Shown in pieces: positions 48,397-56,711 of a DNA stretch of 64,000 nucleotides (position 1 is its first letter; the number at the start of each line of letters is the position of its first letter). Source of the stretch: a virus. The notes beneath the pieces are model-generated. The model saw only the letters and a list, made by a program, of their open reading frames with translations. It searched no databases and was not told the DNA's origin. The stretch is from positions 89,921 to 153,920 of the IMG/VR virus record IMGVR_UViG_3300025117_000031; one strand, given 5' to 3'. The position numbers were made by a program, and so were the translations under genes.

Positions 48397-48983
48397 TGGC
48401 TATCAAAGTAACCGTTTCCAAGGACGGCGGAACACAGCCGGGACAACAAGAAAAACCGAAGGGTCCGCCTCCTAAGTTTCCCATTCGCCTTCGTATTCGT
48501 AAGATGTTAAATGGCGATTTGCTGATTATGGATAGTGAAGATATCGACATTATTCTGATGAGAGCAAAGAAAAAGATTCTTACTCTTCCCAAAGATCAAC
48601 TTACGGATGAGGTATATGATTGCCAAGATAGATTTTTTAAATTCCTTTCAAAAAAGGGTGTTATTGACGCTAGCACAGTACAGGCAGCAAACATCTTTGG
48701 GTCAATCGAGGGGAAAATAATGTCCTCCGATGATGATGCAGAACAAATAACTCTTTTTGCAATAAAGAAGTTTCTTATGTCAGAGGAACCGTATGAGGAG
48801 ATGAGAGAGAAGCTCCAAAGAGAAGAAGAATTAAGACTTACAGACCCGGATCCTTCAACAGAAGAGGGGGAGGTTCCCCACGATCCAAACAAGGGGAACA
48901 TGCCCAATCCTATGATGGGGATGAATGGTTCTGGAAATGGCTATTTTTGGGAGAGTTTAGATAAAACTCAGGGAGATAAATAA
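48396..48983 (+). CDS. hypothetical protein
   Basis: 195-aa coupled ORF. Confidence 0.6.
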   Translation: MAIKVTVSKDGGTQPGQQEKPKGPPPKFPIRLRIRKMLNGDLLIMDSEDIDIILMRAKKKILTLPKDQLTDEVYDCQDRFFKFLSKKGVIDASTVQAANIFGSIEGKIMSSDDDAEQITLFAIKKFLMSEEPYEEMREKLQREEELRLTDPDPSTEEGEVPHDPNKGNMPNPMMGMNGSGNGYFWESLDKTQGDK

Positions 48984-49280
48984 GTGGAAAAAGAAATTCT
49001 CAAACAGATTTACAATCTAGCAAAAGAGATTGCATCTGAGACTTCGAACGAGAGAGCTGGCAAGCATGCTATGGCAATTTTAAGTCTTACGAAAGACCTT
49101 GCAGAGAAACTAGCTGCTGGTCCGAAAGCAAGACCCAATATTGATACGCAAGATGCAGCAGATTCTTCGGTTGTTCGGGGTGCGGCACAATACAATCAGC
49201 CCTATAAGAACGAGTCTCTGAAAAAGATGATTTCTGAAGCTATTCAAAAGTGGGCGAAGAAACACGGCAAGAAGAAATAA
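48984..49280 (+). CDS. hypothetical protein
   Basis: 98 aa; ESLKKMISEAIQ motif. Confidence 0.5.
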   Translation: MEKEILKQIYNLAKEIASETSNERAGKHAMAILSLTKDLAEKLAAGPKARPNIDTQDAADSSVVRGAAQYNQPYKNESLKKMISEAIQKWAKKHGKKK

Positions 49281-49636
49281 TGCTAACGAATTTATTTATT
49301 TTTGTCTTGGCGACGTGGGGAATGACGAGCATTCTTGTGTACGGCCGCATTTTCAACGCAATAAGACCAAAAAATAAGTTCTTTCATTGCCCGCAGTGTG
49401 TTGGGTTTTATGTCGGGGTAGCTGTGTTTCTTTTCATGTGGTTTTTTGGAGCATCTTTTGTGGCGAATCTGTGGGTTGGATTGGCAACAGGCCCTTTTAT
49501 TGCGTCTGCTGTTAGTTATTTTATGACAATGGTTGTAGACGACGATGGAATTAGATCGCATAAAAAATTAACTCTTAAGGGAGAAACAAGAAATGTTAAA
49601 TTACCAAAATCCTCCAATAAAAAAGTGGATGAATAG
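49280..49636 (+). CDS. membrane protein with CPxC (DUF1360-like)
   Basis: Three hydrophobic segments; FFHCPQCVGFYVG. Confidence 0.6.
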   Translation: MLTNLFIFVLATWGMTSILVYGRIFNAIRPKNKFFHCPQCVGFYVGVAVFLFMWFFGASFVANLWVGLATGPFIASAVSYFMTMVVDDDGIRSHKKLTLKGETRNVKLPKSSNKKVDE

Positions 49637-49680
49637 AAGAGCGGTTGCGAGGTGCGCGAAAGGGTGCTGACGAGGTAAAA

Positions 49681-50304
49681 ATGATGGCTAAGATATTACT
49701 AAAAGAGTTCTTTAATTTATGTCCGGATGGTCGGTGTGGGTTGGATCTTCTCACCGAAGAAGAACGGCATGAAGTAAAAAACGGGGCGATGTATCTGCAA
49801 GGGGTTTGTCAAAAAAAGGACACACGTAATCAAAACTCTCGTCGGTATCCCTCCGATGTGTTGGAGCGCGAAGTTAACAACTATTTGAAATTAGTGAAAG
49901 AAAACAGGGCGTTAGGAGAATGTGACCATTCGGAGAACGAAGTTGTTAATTTAAAAAACGCTTCCCATCTGATAACGAATTTGTGGTGGAAGGGGAACGA
50001 TTTGTGGTGTAAGGCGAAGGTTCTGTCCACCCCTGCTGGACAAATATTGCGCTCTTTGGTTAACGATGGGGTGCAGTTGGGTATTTCTTCTCGTGCTCTT
50101 GGGTCTTTGAGCGAAGGTGGAGATGGAACAAAGATTGTGGGGGACGACCTCCAACTTATTTGTTGGGATTTTGTTTCTGAGCCTTCTACTACTGGAGCTT
50201 TTATGCATATTGCCGAAGGATTACAAAGAAAATATTATACAAACGTTGAAACAAAAGCTGATAGAATTAATAGATTGATCAATGACTTTGTAAGGGGTGC
50301 ATAA
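49681..50304 (+). CDS. prohead core protease (T4 gp21-like)
   Basis: NQNSRRYP; ALGECDH; SH.I; TPAG.I...L...GV.LGISSRALGSL; WDFVSEPST. Confidence 0.93.
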   Translation: MMAKILLKEFFNLCPDGRCGLDLLTEEERHEVKNGAMYLQGVCQKKDTRNQNSRRYPSDVLEREVNNYLKLVKENRALGECDHSENEVVNLKNASHLITNLWWKGNDLWCKAKVLSTPAGQILRSLVNDGVQLGISSRALGSLSEGGDGTKIVGDDLQLICWDFVSEPSTTGAFMHIAEGLQRKYYTNVETKADRINRLINDFVRGA

Positions 50305-50306
50305 GC

Positions 50307-50819
50307 ATGGCTGCATACAACAAAGAAGATTTAAAAAGAATTATTAAACCTTTGATTCAAGAGTGTATCAAAGAGGTTATTTTTGAAGAAGACGGCATTC
50401 TGTCCAAGATTATTGCGGAGGCAATTCGGCCAATAGTTGACGCTCAAGAGATGTTGTTAGAAACCGTCCGTTCTTCTGCAGCAAATAAAAATGTTCCTTC
50501 TCCGGTACATTTCGGCGGAGAAGAAAGAAAAAGAAAGCTGGCAGAAACAACAGAGCCTCTTGGCTATGGACAGATGGCAGATGGTTTCCTACAAGAGGCA
50601 AAGAGTGTCCGAAGACCAAAAGAACAGCCAAGACAAAAAGAAAGTATTGTCGAAAGCCTTGGACGACAGATGAGCGTTGAGATGAAGAATCCAACTCCAG
50701 AAGCTGGCGGAGGATATAATCCTTTGGCCATGGCTCAAGCAAATGGTGCAATTCAGGGAGCGGGTGTTGATGTTGAGGGTTTGTTTAGTTTTTTAAAGGC
50801 GAAAGCCGGAAAGCAATAG
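50307..50819 (+). CDS. hypothetical head-associated protein
   Basis: LKRIIKPLIQECIKEVIFEE leader. Confidence 0.6.
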   Translation: MAAYNKEDLKRIIKPLIQECIKEVIFEEDGILSKIIAEAIRPIVDAQEMLLETVRSSAANKNVPSPVHFGGEERKRKLAETTEPLGYGQMADGFLQEAKSVRRPKEQPRQKESIVESLGRQMSVEMKNPTPEAGGGYNPLAMAQANGAIQGAGVDVEGLFSFLKAKAGKQ

Positions 50820-50831
50820 ATAGGTATTAAA

Positions 50832-51071
50832 ATGGCAATTCACGTTCAGGTTGATTCGTATGCAGATGAGGGAAACGAAAGACTCGTGAAGAGGTTTTTG
50901 AAGAAATGTAAGAAAGAAAATCTTCATCAAATCTTCATGGAGAAGTGTTGTTGGTGCAAGAGATACGAAAAGAAAAGCGTTCGAGATAGAAGAGAGAAAA
51001 ACTTTCAAATATGGCGACATAAAAAGCGTATGGAAGAAGAAAAAGAAAACGATAAGAAGTGCGAGAGATAG
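50832..51071 (+). CDS. rpsU: ribosomal protein bS21 homologue (divergent)
   Basis: V.V....E..ERLVKRF.KK..K........RYEK.S...RR.K pattern; 79 aa, basic; located in head module. Confidence 0.7.
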   Translation: MAIHVQVDSYADEGNERLVKRFLKKCKKENLHQIFMEKCCWCKRYEKKSVRDRREKNFQIWRHKKRMEEEKENDKKCER

Positions 51072-51095
51072 TTATATCAAGGAGAGAGAATAAAA

Positions 51096-51521
51096 ATGAG
51101 TTCTAGATATCAACCAAAAGCAGGAATCGGGATGGCCGGTCGATGGATGGTCCCTGGAGAAGCTTATTGGCTAAGACATAAATTTGCTACTGGGGCAGGC
51201 GTGCAAGAGATAAAAATAGATTTTCCTTCTTTGACAAGAAGTATTACAATTTTTAATGAAACCTCCAATAATGCTGCCGCTATCATGAGAATTCACAGCA
51301 GCGCAAGGACCGGGGATTTGGATGTTGTTGCTGCTGATCTAACGGGACATAATTTTCAGATTAAGCCCGGAGAATCATTTTCTTTTGATCTAAAGGCAGG
51401 CTTTGTTTATGTGAGTGTTGATGATGCTTCTGCTGCAGATGCTTTTTTTGATCTATATGCAGAAGTAACTGGCGTGACCGATGTTAACTTTGTTCACAGC
51501 ACAGAGGGCGTTAGTAGCTAA
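51096..51521 (+). CDS. probable virion (capsid decoration-type) protein
   Basis: Beta-rich 141-aa ORF, strong RBS. Confidence 0.5.
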   Translation: MSSRYQPKAGIGMAGRWMVPGEAYWLRHKFATGAGVQEIKIDFPSLTRSITIFNETSNNAAAIMRIHSSARTGDLDVVAADLTGHNFQIKPGESFSFDLKAGFVYVSVDDASAADAFFDLYAEVTGVTDVNFVHSTEGVSS

Positions 51522-51546
51522 AGTTTTGTAGAGGAGAGAAAAATTA

Positions 51547-51918
51547 ATGTCTTCTAGGTTTTTTTCATATAATTCAAGCACAAGTACAGGAACGGGCACG
51601 GGGTATACAGAGGTAACGTCTTCTTGTGCTCTTGGATTAAATACAATAGAAGCGACAGATATGTCTGGTTCCTATCTGGCTTTGTATGAATATTATCTCA
51701 CCTCTGGTTCAACAGCTAGGGCTGGGCTTGTTCATGCTTTATATATGTCTAGTTCGGCCGGTGGAGCTTCTGCTTCCTATCAAGATTCTGGCCCTGCTGA
51801 TATTGGAAGTTTTCCAACAGCCTCTGTGTATGTTGAAGCATCAAGTTCATATCTTAACTTTATTGTTTCGTCTTCTGTTGCGGCAATGTCTGCAACTGTA
51901 AATAGAATAACGTTTTAG
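51547..51918 (+). CDS. hypothetical Ser/Thr-rich structural protein
   Basis: 123 aa, GAGGAG RBS. Confidence 0.55.
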   Translation: MSSRFFSYNSSTSTGTGTGYTEVTSSCALGLNTIEATDMSGSYLALYEYYLTSGSTARAGLVHALYMSSSAGGASASYQDSGPADIGSFPTASVYVEASSSYLNFIVSSSVAAMSATVNRITF

Positions 51919-51931
51919 CGAGGAATAAGTT

Positions 51932-52642
51932 GTGAAAAAAGAAGCGTTTTTTGGAATAGGGTTTATAACTTTATTTATTGGGTTTCTTGTTGCGGCAAAT
52001 ACTATCTTTCGGGATGGTATTACGTTGCCAAACAACGAATTCTTTTCTGCTTTTAATGCGGCAGGCTCTGCTACTGTTGATGTTTTAAAAGTTAATACGA
52101 GCGACAGGGGAGAGTTTGGTGTAGATACGGAAATAGGTGCAGTAACTTGTTTGGAAGATTATGGTGCCGAATGCGTTATTGGAGATTTATCTATTTCTGC
52201 AACTCCTGTCGCAGGAACAGAAGAAAGTATTGAAGTAAGAATAGACGGCACAGGACATACTAAATTTTATTGTGAGACAGATGGTTCTGGTGCTGCACAA
52301 AATTGCAAGACGGAACTAACTCACGATTTGGATTTAAATTCTGGTCTTATTGCATCTAGAATTGCGGTTGCTGCTGCAACATATTCTGCAACAGGAACAT
52401 ATGTTTTAATTGGCGTTACATATACCACAACAGCAGCAGTTACGGTGACTTTGGATACGGATGCTGTGGATGCGGGAAGAGTAATAATAATTAAAGATGA
52501 AGGTGGCGGGGCTGGAACAAGAAATATTACTGTTGATACCGAAAGCACAGAATTAATTGACGGTCAAGCAAGCATATTAATAGCGGAAAATTACGGTGTT
52601 GTTAGGTTATATTCCAACGGCACCAATTGGTTCATGTGGTAA
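51932..52642 (+). CDS. fibre-like protein with N-terminal hydrophobic segment
   Basis: C-terminal GRVIIIKDEGG.A..NITV.....IDG......NYG...LYSNGTNWF, common in phage fibre proteins. Confidence 0.6.
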   Translation: MKKEAFFGIGFITLFIGFLVAANTIFRDGITLPNNEFFSAFNAAGSATVDVLKVNTSDRGEFGVDTEIGAVTCLEDYGAECVIGDLSISATPVAGTEESIEVRIDGTGHTKFYCETDGSGAAQNCKTELTHDLDLNSGLIASRIAVAAATYSATGTYVLIGVTYTTTAAVTVTLDTDAVDAGRVIIIKDEGGGAGTRNITVDTESTELIDGQASILIAENYGVVRLYSNGTNWFMW

Positions 52643-52671
52643 TAAAGGACTCGCAAGAGGAGAAAAAATAA

Positions 52672-53226
52672 ATGGATTTGAGAGCTAAGTCTTCAAATGA
52701 TTATAGATGGGACGATTTGAGAATCGCAATGTCTTCTGTTAAAGTTGCTGGAGTTCACGATCCAAACTTCGCAAAACTAACAGGAAGCGGAGCGACAGAT
52801 GGGGTTTATACATATTTCTTCGATCCTGCGACAGAAGAAGAAGTTTATTTTGAGACTCAGATGCCTCACGATTGGTATCAGGGCTCTTCCATTTATCCTC
52901 ATATCCATTGGTGTCCTACCTCAACAGGTTCAGGAAACGTGGTTTGGGGTTTGGAATATACTTTAGCTTCCGTGAGTGGAACCTTTGGACAAACTGTTCT
53001 TATGTCTGCTTCTTTCGCAGCAACAGGAACAATAAATTATCATCAAATGGCAATTTTACCTTCGATGAGTATGTCTGGAAAAACTATTTCTTGTATTATC
53101 TTCGGAAGATTATATCGAGCTGCGGCAGATGGTGGAGATACATATGCAGAAGATGCGGCAGCTATTTCTTTCGACTTCCATTATCAAAAAGACGATAGAG
53201 GAAGCTATAATCAATATACGAAATAA
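52672..53226 (+). CDS. hypothetical structural protein
   Basis: WDDLR; QMPH.W..G..I.PHIHW; FDFHYQ.D..GS. Confidence 0.6.
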   Translation: MDLRAKSSNDYRWDDLRIAMSSVKVAGVHDPNFAKLTGSGATDGVYTYFFDPATEEEVYFETQMPHDWYQGSSIYPHIHWCPTSTGSGNVVWGLEYTLASVSGTFGQTVLMSASFAATGTINYHQMAILPSMSMSGKTISCIIFGRLYRAAADGGDTYAEDAAAISFDFHYQKDDRGSYNQYTK

Positions 53227-53252
53227 ATAAGATATTAATTAGAGGTTTTGTA

Positions 53253-53906
53253 ATGTCCACAACAGAGAAAACAAAGCAAGAAAAAGAATCTAGAGCAAAG
53301 GAACTACTAGTTGGCCTTGGACTGGCAGCCATTGTAGCTGCCGGTGGAACGACAGCATATTTAAATTTATGGGATACACATGTTGCAGTTGAAGCAACAA
53401 AAGGCCGAGACGTAAATAAAATCAAAGATAAACAAGTTGAAAAGCAATATTGCGGACATATAAAAAATCCTCTAACAGAAGAGACTTTCTATTCTTGCAC
53501 AAACGCAAAATTAGAAGAAGTAAAGACAGGTTTGTTAAATAACATGATTATATTAAAGTATTGCGGCACTGTATCTGAGAAATTAGAAAAGTGTCCGGAA
53601 TGGCCAGCAGAACAATTATCTTCATGTTGTTGTGTACCTCCTTTGGTAGTAGTTGACGATTGTTTTTGTGGAACAATAGAAACTGTCGTTGATGCTGATA
53701 CTGGCGAGACACAAGAAAAAGAAATATTCTCTTCGACAGACAGAGCTTTGCAATGCACAAATGGGTATGTGACAGGAGGACAAGAGACTTCTTGTGTTGT
53801 TAATGATCCTTCTTTAAATTGTGTTGTCTGGCCGATGAATGTGATGTCAGGGGAAAATCCTGGCAAGATAGCAAAACAAAAAACTGTTGAAAACGAAGGG
53901 GAATAG
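53253..53906 (+). CDS. membrane-anchored cysteine-rich protein
   Basis: N-terminal TM helix; 12 Cys in the soluble part. Confidence 0.6.
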   Translation: MSTTEKTKQEKESRAKELLVGLGLAAIVAAGGTTAYLNLWDTHVAVEATKGRDVNKIKDKQVEKQYCGHIKNPLTEETFYSCTNAKLEEVKTGLLNNMIILKYCGTVSEKLEKCPEWPAEQLSSCCCVPPLVVVDDCFCGTIETVVDADTGETQEKEIFSSTDRALQCTNGYVTGGQETSCVVNDPSLNCVVWPMNVMSGENPGKIAKQKTVENEGE

Positions 53907-53940
53907 CAGAGAGAAGTTTCCAATAAGAGAGAAAAAATAA

Positions 53941-56103
53941 ATGAAGATGATGAAATCTATTATAGCAGGAGTGATATTCTTTCTTTTGTCTTGTGATGAA
54001 AGCTCCTGCTCTCAGCTTGTTATAAAGTCTGGCATTTCGGGAGATTTTGTTATAAAGTCTGGTGTTTCTGGGGATTTGATGGTCCAGGCAACATGTGGTG
54101 ATGGAGTAACAAACGGTACAGAGACGTGCGATGATGGAAATTTGGTAAGTGAGGACGGATGCGATTCTAATTGTGCAGACGAAGTTATTTTTAAGTTGGG
54201 ATATGATGAGATTGGGGGGAATTTGGTTTCTGGCCTTTCCCAGCTTTCCAAAAACCTCACCATAAACGGCATTGAAGTTGCGCCTAGCGTGTGGTGTGAG
54301 GGGCAGGACGCAGGCGCGTCGACGTGGGCTTGCGACTATGGCGGGACGCTGGCCGTTGTCAACGGTGGGGCGGACGTTACACCCGGTGTAGCGGCTCCAT
54401 TCACAGACGGCACAACTGCGCTTAGTGGTGGTGCCGATTATTTTCAGGCAAGCGCAAACACGGTTGGGGATATAGGTACAGAGGACTTTGCCCTAGAATT
54501 TATGACGAAAGCGCCAGCAGCAACTAGCTTTTTAGCACAAAAAGGTGGCACGGCTTTCTGGTCAATAACAAGCTATACCACTTCTAACCGGCTTTCAATT
54601 GATGATGGTCCAGACAATAAATATGCGGACTCTGTTGCCAGTGCTTTGTCGTGGACGCATACGATCTGCTTTGTGAATAGAGACGAGGCTAGCACAAATG
54701 GGATGGTTTGTTACGGTAATGCAACAGCAGGGACCGGTGTAGACGCTAGTTCTGTCGGCAACATGTCAGAAGCGACAACCCTAAAAGTTTTGGCGTCTGC
54801 AACGGGTGCGTTGCCCTTTGGTAGTAACCTAGTTCACGTCGCCATGTGGAAATACCCCTCCTGGCACAAAGCCGGCGCCGACGGTCCCGCAGAATGGGCC
54901 GTGATCGCGAAGCAGCGCTTTTACCAATTGGCCGGCATATACCCGCAAACCGCACCAACAAAACTTGCAACATATACAAGAGCGACCACAGCAACGCTTG
55001 AAATTCAGGACACACACACAAACAACGCAACCAACTTTTTTAATGTTGGCTCCGGTTGGCCTAGAGTTGTTCGAGACTGCGACAGCGACGAATGTTTAAA
55101 TGGTGTCTTGGCAGAACCTGCAATAACAAATAAAATACTTCAAAGCTCAGCATTTGGCACAACATGGACAAATATTGATGCCCTTGACGACATAGCGGAC
55201 GGCACAACCGACATATTTGGAACGGCTTTGGCAGATGGGTTTACAGCCGGAACAGGAACCTCTGTGCATGGCGTTACCCAAGCTGTGACATTAACTGCTG
55301 CAACACATACTTTTTCCGTATATGCCAAACCAGGAAACAGAGACTGGCTATATTTGTCAGATGACACAGTAGCCAACGCATATAGCTATTTTAATATTTC
55401 GTCTTGTGCTCTTGGCACAAAAGGGGCAGGAGCAAGCGAGGCTCTTGTGCAAGATGTTGGTGACTATTGCAGAGTTTCTATTGCGTATCTTGGAACAGCA
55501 GCATCACACACACATAAAATTGCATTTGCGGAAGCTGACACCGACAACGAATTTGCAGGGGATGATGCAACGGTATCAGGTTATTTACTTGGTGCTCAGG
55601 TAGAAGCATATGGCGCAGCAACATCTTTTATTGCAACGACAACGGCGCAAGTGACAAGAAATACAGACTCTTTAGAATATACTTTTACGGGACCAAACAC
55701 AGGGACAATGGAATTTAGTTTTATGTGCAAGAGTATTGACGCGCCGCATACGATCCAGGCTTTATTTTCTTTGTCAGATGGAACAAATGAAAATAGGGTT
55801 GGCTGGTTTATAAATACAAATACCAGCGTTGGAAGACAGCAAATATTAGTTGGGAATTCTAGTGTTTCCAATTTAATAGGAACTACAGATATTATGGACA
55901 ATTCTGTTCATTCGCTCACGGGGTTGTGGGGAACGTCAAATAATGCGGTTTATATTGATGATGTCTTAGAAGCATCTTCGGGAACGTCAATTTCTATTCC
56001 AAGCACGACAAAACTAGGTATTTCTTTAGGAGCCATGCAATATCAGCCCGCCTTTTGCATCCAAAACGGAGTTAGGATCTGGAACCGCCAGATCGCCCCA
56101 TAG
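53941..56103 (+). CDS. putative lipoprotein with myxobacterial-type Cys-rich repeat (DUF4215-like) and LamG-like domains
   Basis: MKSIIAGVIFFLLSC lipobox-like; CGDG....ETCDDGN....DGC...C; LLGAQVEA...ATSFIATT.AQVTR..D phage fibre motif. Confidence 0.65.
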   Translation: MKMMKSIIAGVIFFLLSCDESSCSQLVIKSGISGDFVIKSGVSGDLMVQATCGDGVTNGTETCDDGNLVSEDGCDSNCADEVIFKLGYDEIGGNLVSGLSQLSKNLTINGIEVAPSVWCEGQDAGASTWACDYGGTLAVVNGGADVTPGVAAPFTDGTTALSGGADYFQASANTVGDIGTEDFALEFMTKAPAATSFLAQKGGTAFWSITSYTTSNRLSIDDGPDNKYADSVASALSWTHTICFVNRDEASTNGMVCYGNATAGTGVDASSVGNMSEATTLKVLASATGALPFGSNLVHVAMWKYPSWHKAGADGPAEWAVIAKQRFYQLAGIYPQTAPTKLATYTRATTATLEIQDTHTNNATNFFNVGSGWPRVVRDCDSDECLNGVLAEPAITNKILQSSAFGTTWTNIDALDDIADGTTDIFGTALADGFTAGTGTSVHGVTQAVTLTAATHTFSVYAKPGNRDWLYLSDDTVANAYSYFNISSCALGTKGAGASEALVQDVGDYCRVSIAYLGTAASHTHKIAFAEADTDNEFAGDDATVSGYLLGAQVEAYGAATSFIATTTAQVTRNTDSLEYTFTGPNTGTMEFSFMCKSIDAPHTIQALFSLSDGTNENRVGWFINTNTSVGRQQILVGNSSVSNLIGTTDIMDNSVHSLTGLWGTSNNAVYIDDVLEASSGTSISIPSTTKLGISLGAMQYQPAFCIQNGVRIWNRQIAP
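54017..54076 (+). repeat. 30-bp tandem duplication (VIKSG.SGD x2)
   Basis: TTGTTATAAAGTCTGG at 54017 and 54047. Confidence 0.85.
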
Positions 56104-56197
56104 AACGGCAATAATGGACATAACAGCATATTCGCGAGACAAACAAATATAATTTACTCTTGGAAAAGAAAGTTTCCAACAAGACAACAAAAAATAA

Positions 56198-56341
56198 ATG
56201 ACAAATACACAAGATCACAACAATAGAGCAATGGAAATAGTTTCAAAATTAAAGGTTCCTGCACTTGTTGTAACAGCCGTTGCAACAGCGATGGTGGGGC
56301 TATTTGAAACATATAGGGAAGAAAAGAAAAAAGATGTTTGA
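56198..56341 (+). CDS. 47-aa single-TM peptide (not in ORF track)
   Basis: MTNTQDHNNRAMEIVSKLKVPALVVTAVATAMVGLFETYREEKKKDV; stop overlaps the cytochrome start. Confidence 0.5.
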   Translation: MTNTQDHNNRAMEIVSKLKVPALVVTAVATAMVGLFETYREEKKKDV

Positions 56342-56711
56342 ATTGGGGGAAAGAGAGATAAAGAATTTCTTTCTATTCTTATTAACTATTATAATCATTG
56401 TTTTTATTGTATTTCTTTCAAAAGTTTCCTATTCACAAGGATTAAACAAAGATACTTTGGATTGTTTATCTTGTCATGATGGAGTGATTGCCAAGGACAT
56501 AGCTTTAGAAAATTCGCATCCGGTAGGAATGACGTACCCTCCTCTGAGAAAAACAAACGAATATAATGTCTTTATAAGACTTCCTTTATACGAAAATAAT
56601 ACAATTCAATGTAAAACTTGCCACGGTGTAGGGTTGGAATCGCAACATTGGACAGAAATGCGAATAGCTTTATATAGAAGCGAACTTTGCCTAGAATGTC
56701 ATTCCATTTAA
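56334..56711 (+). CDS. tri-heme c-type cytochrome (doubled-CXXCH / cytochrome c3-like family)
   Basis: Signal/TM segment, then CLSCH, SHPVG..YP, CKTCH, LCLECH. Confidence 0.85.
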   Translation: MFELGEREIKNFFLFLLTIIIIVFIVFLSKVSYSQGLNKDTLDCLSCHDGVIAKDIALENSHPVGMTYPPLRKTNEYNVFIRLPLYENNTIQCKTCHGVGLESQHWTEMRIALYRSELCLECHSI

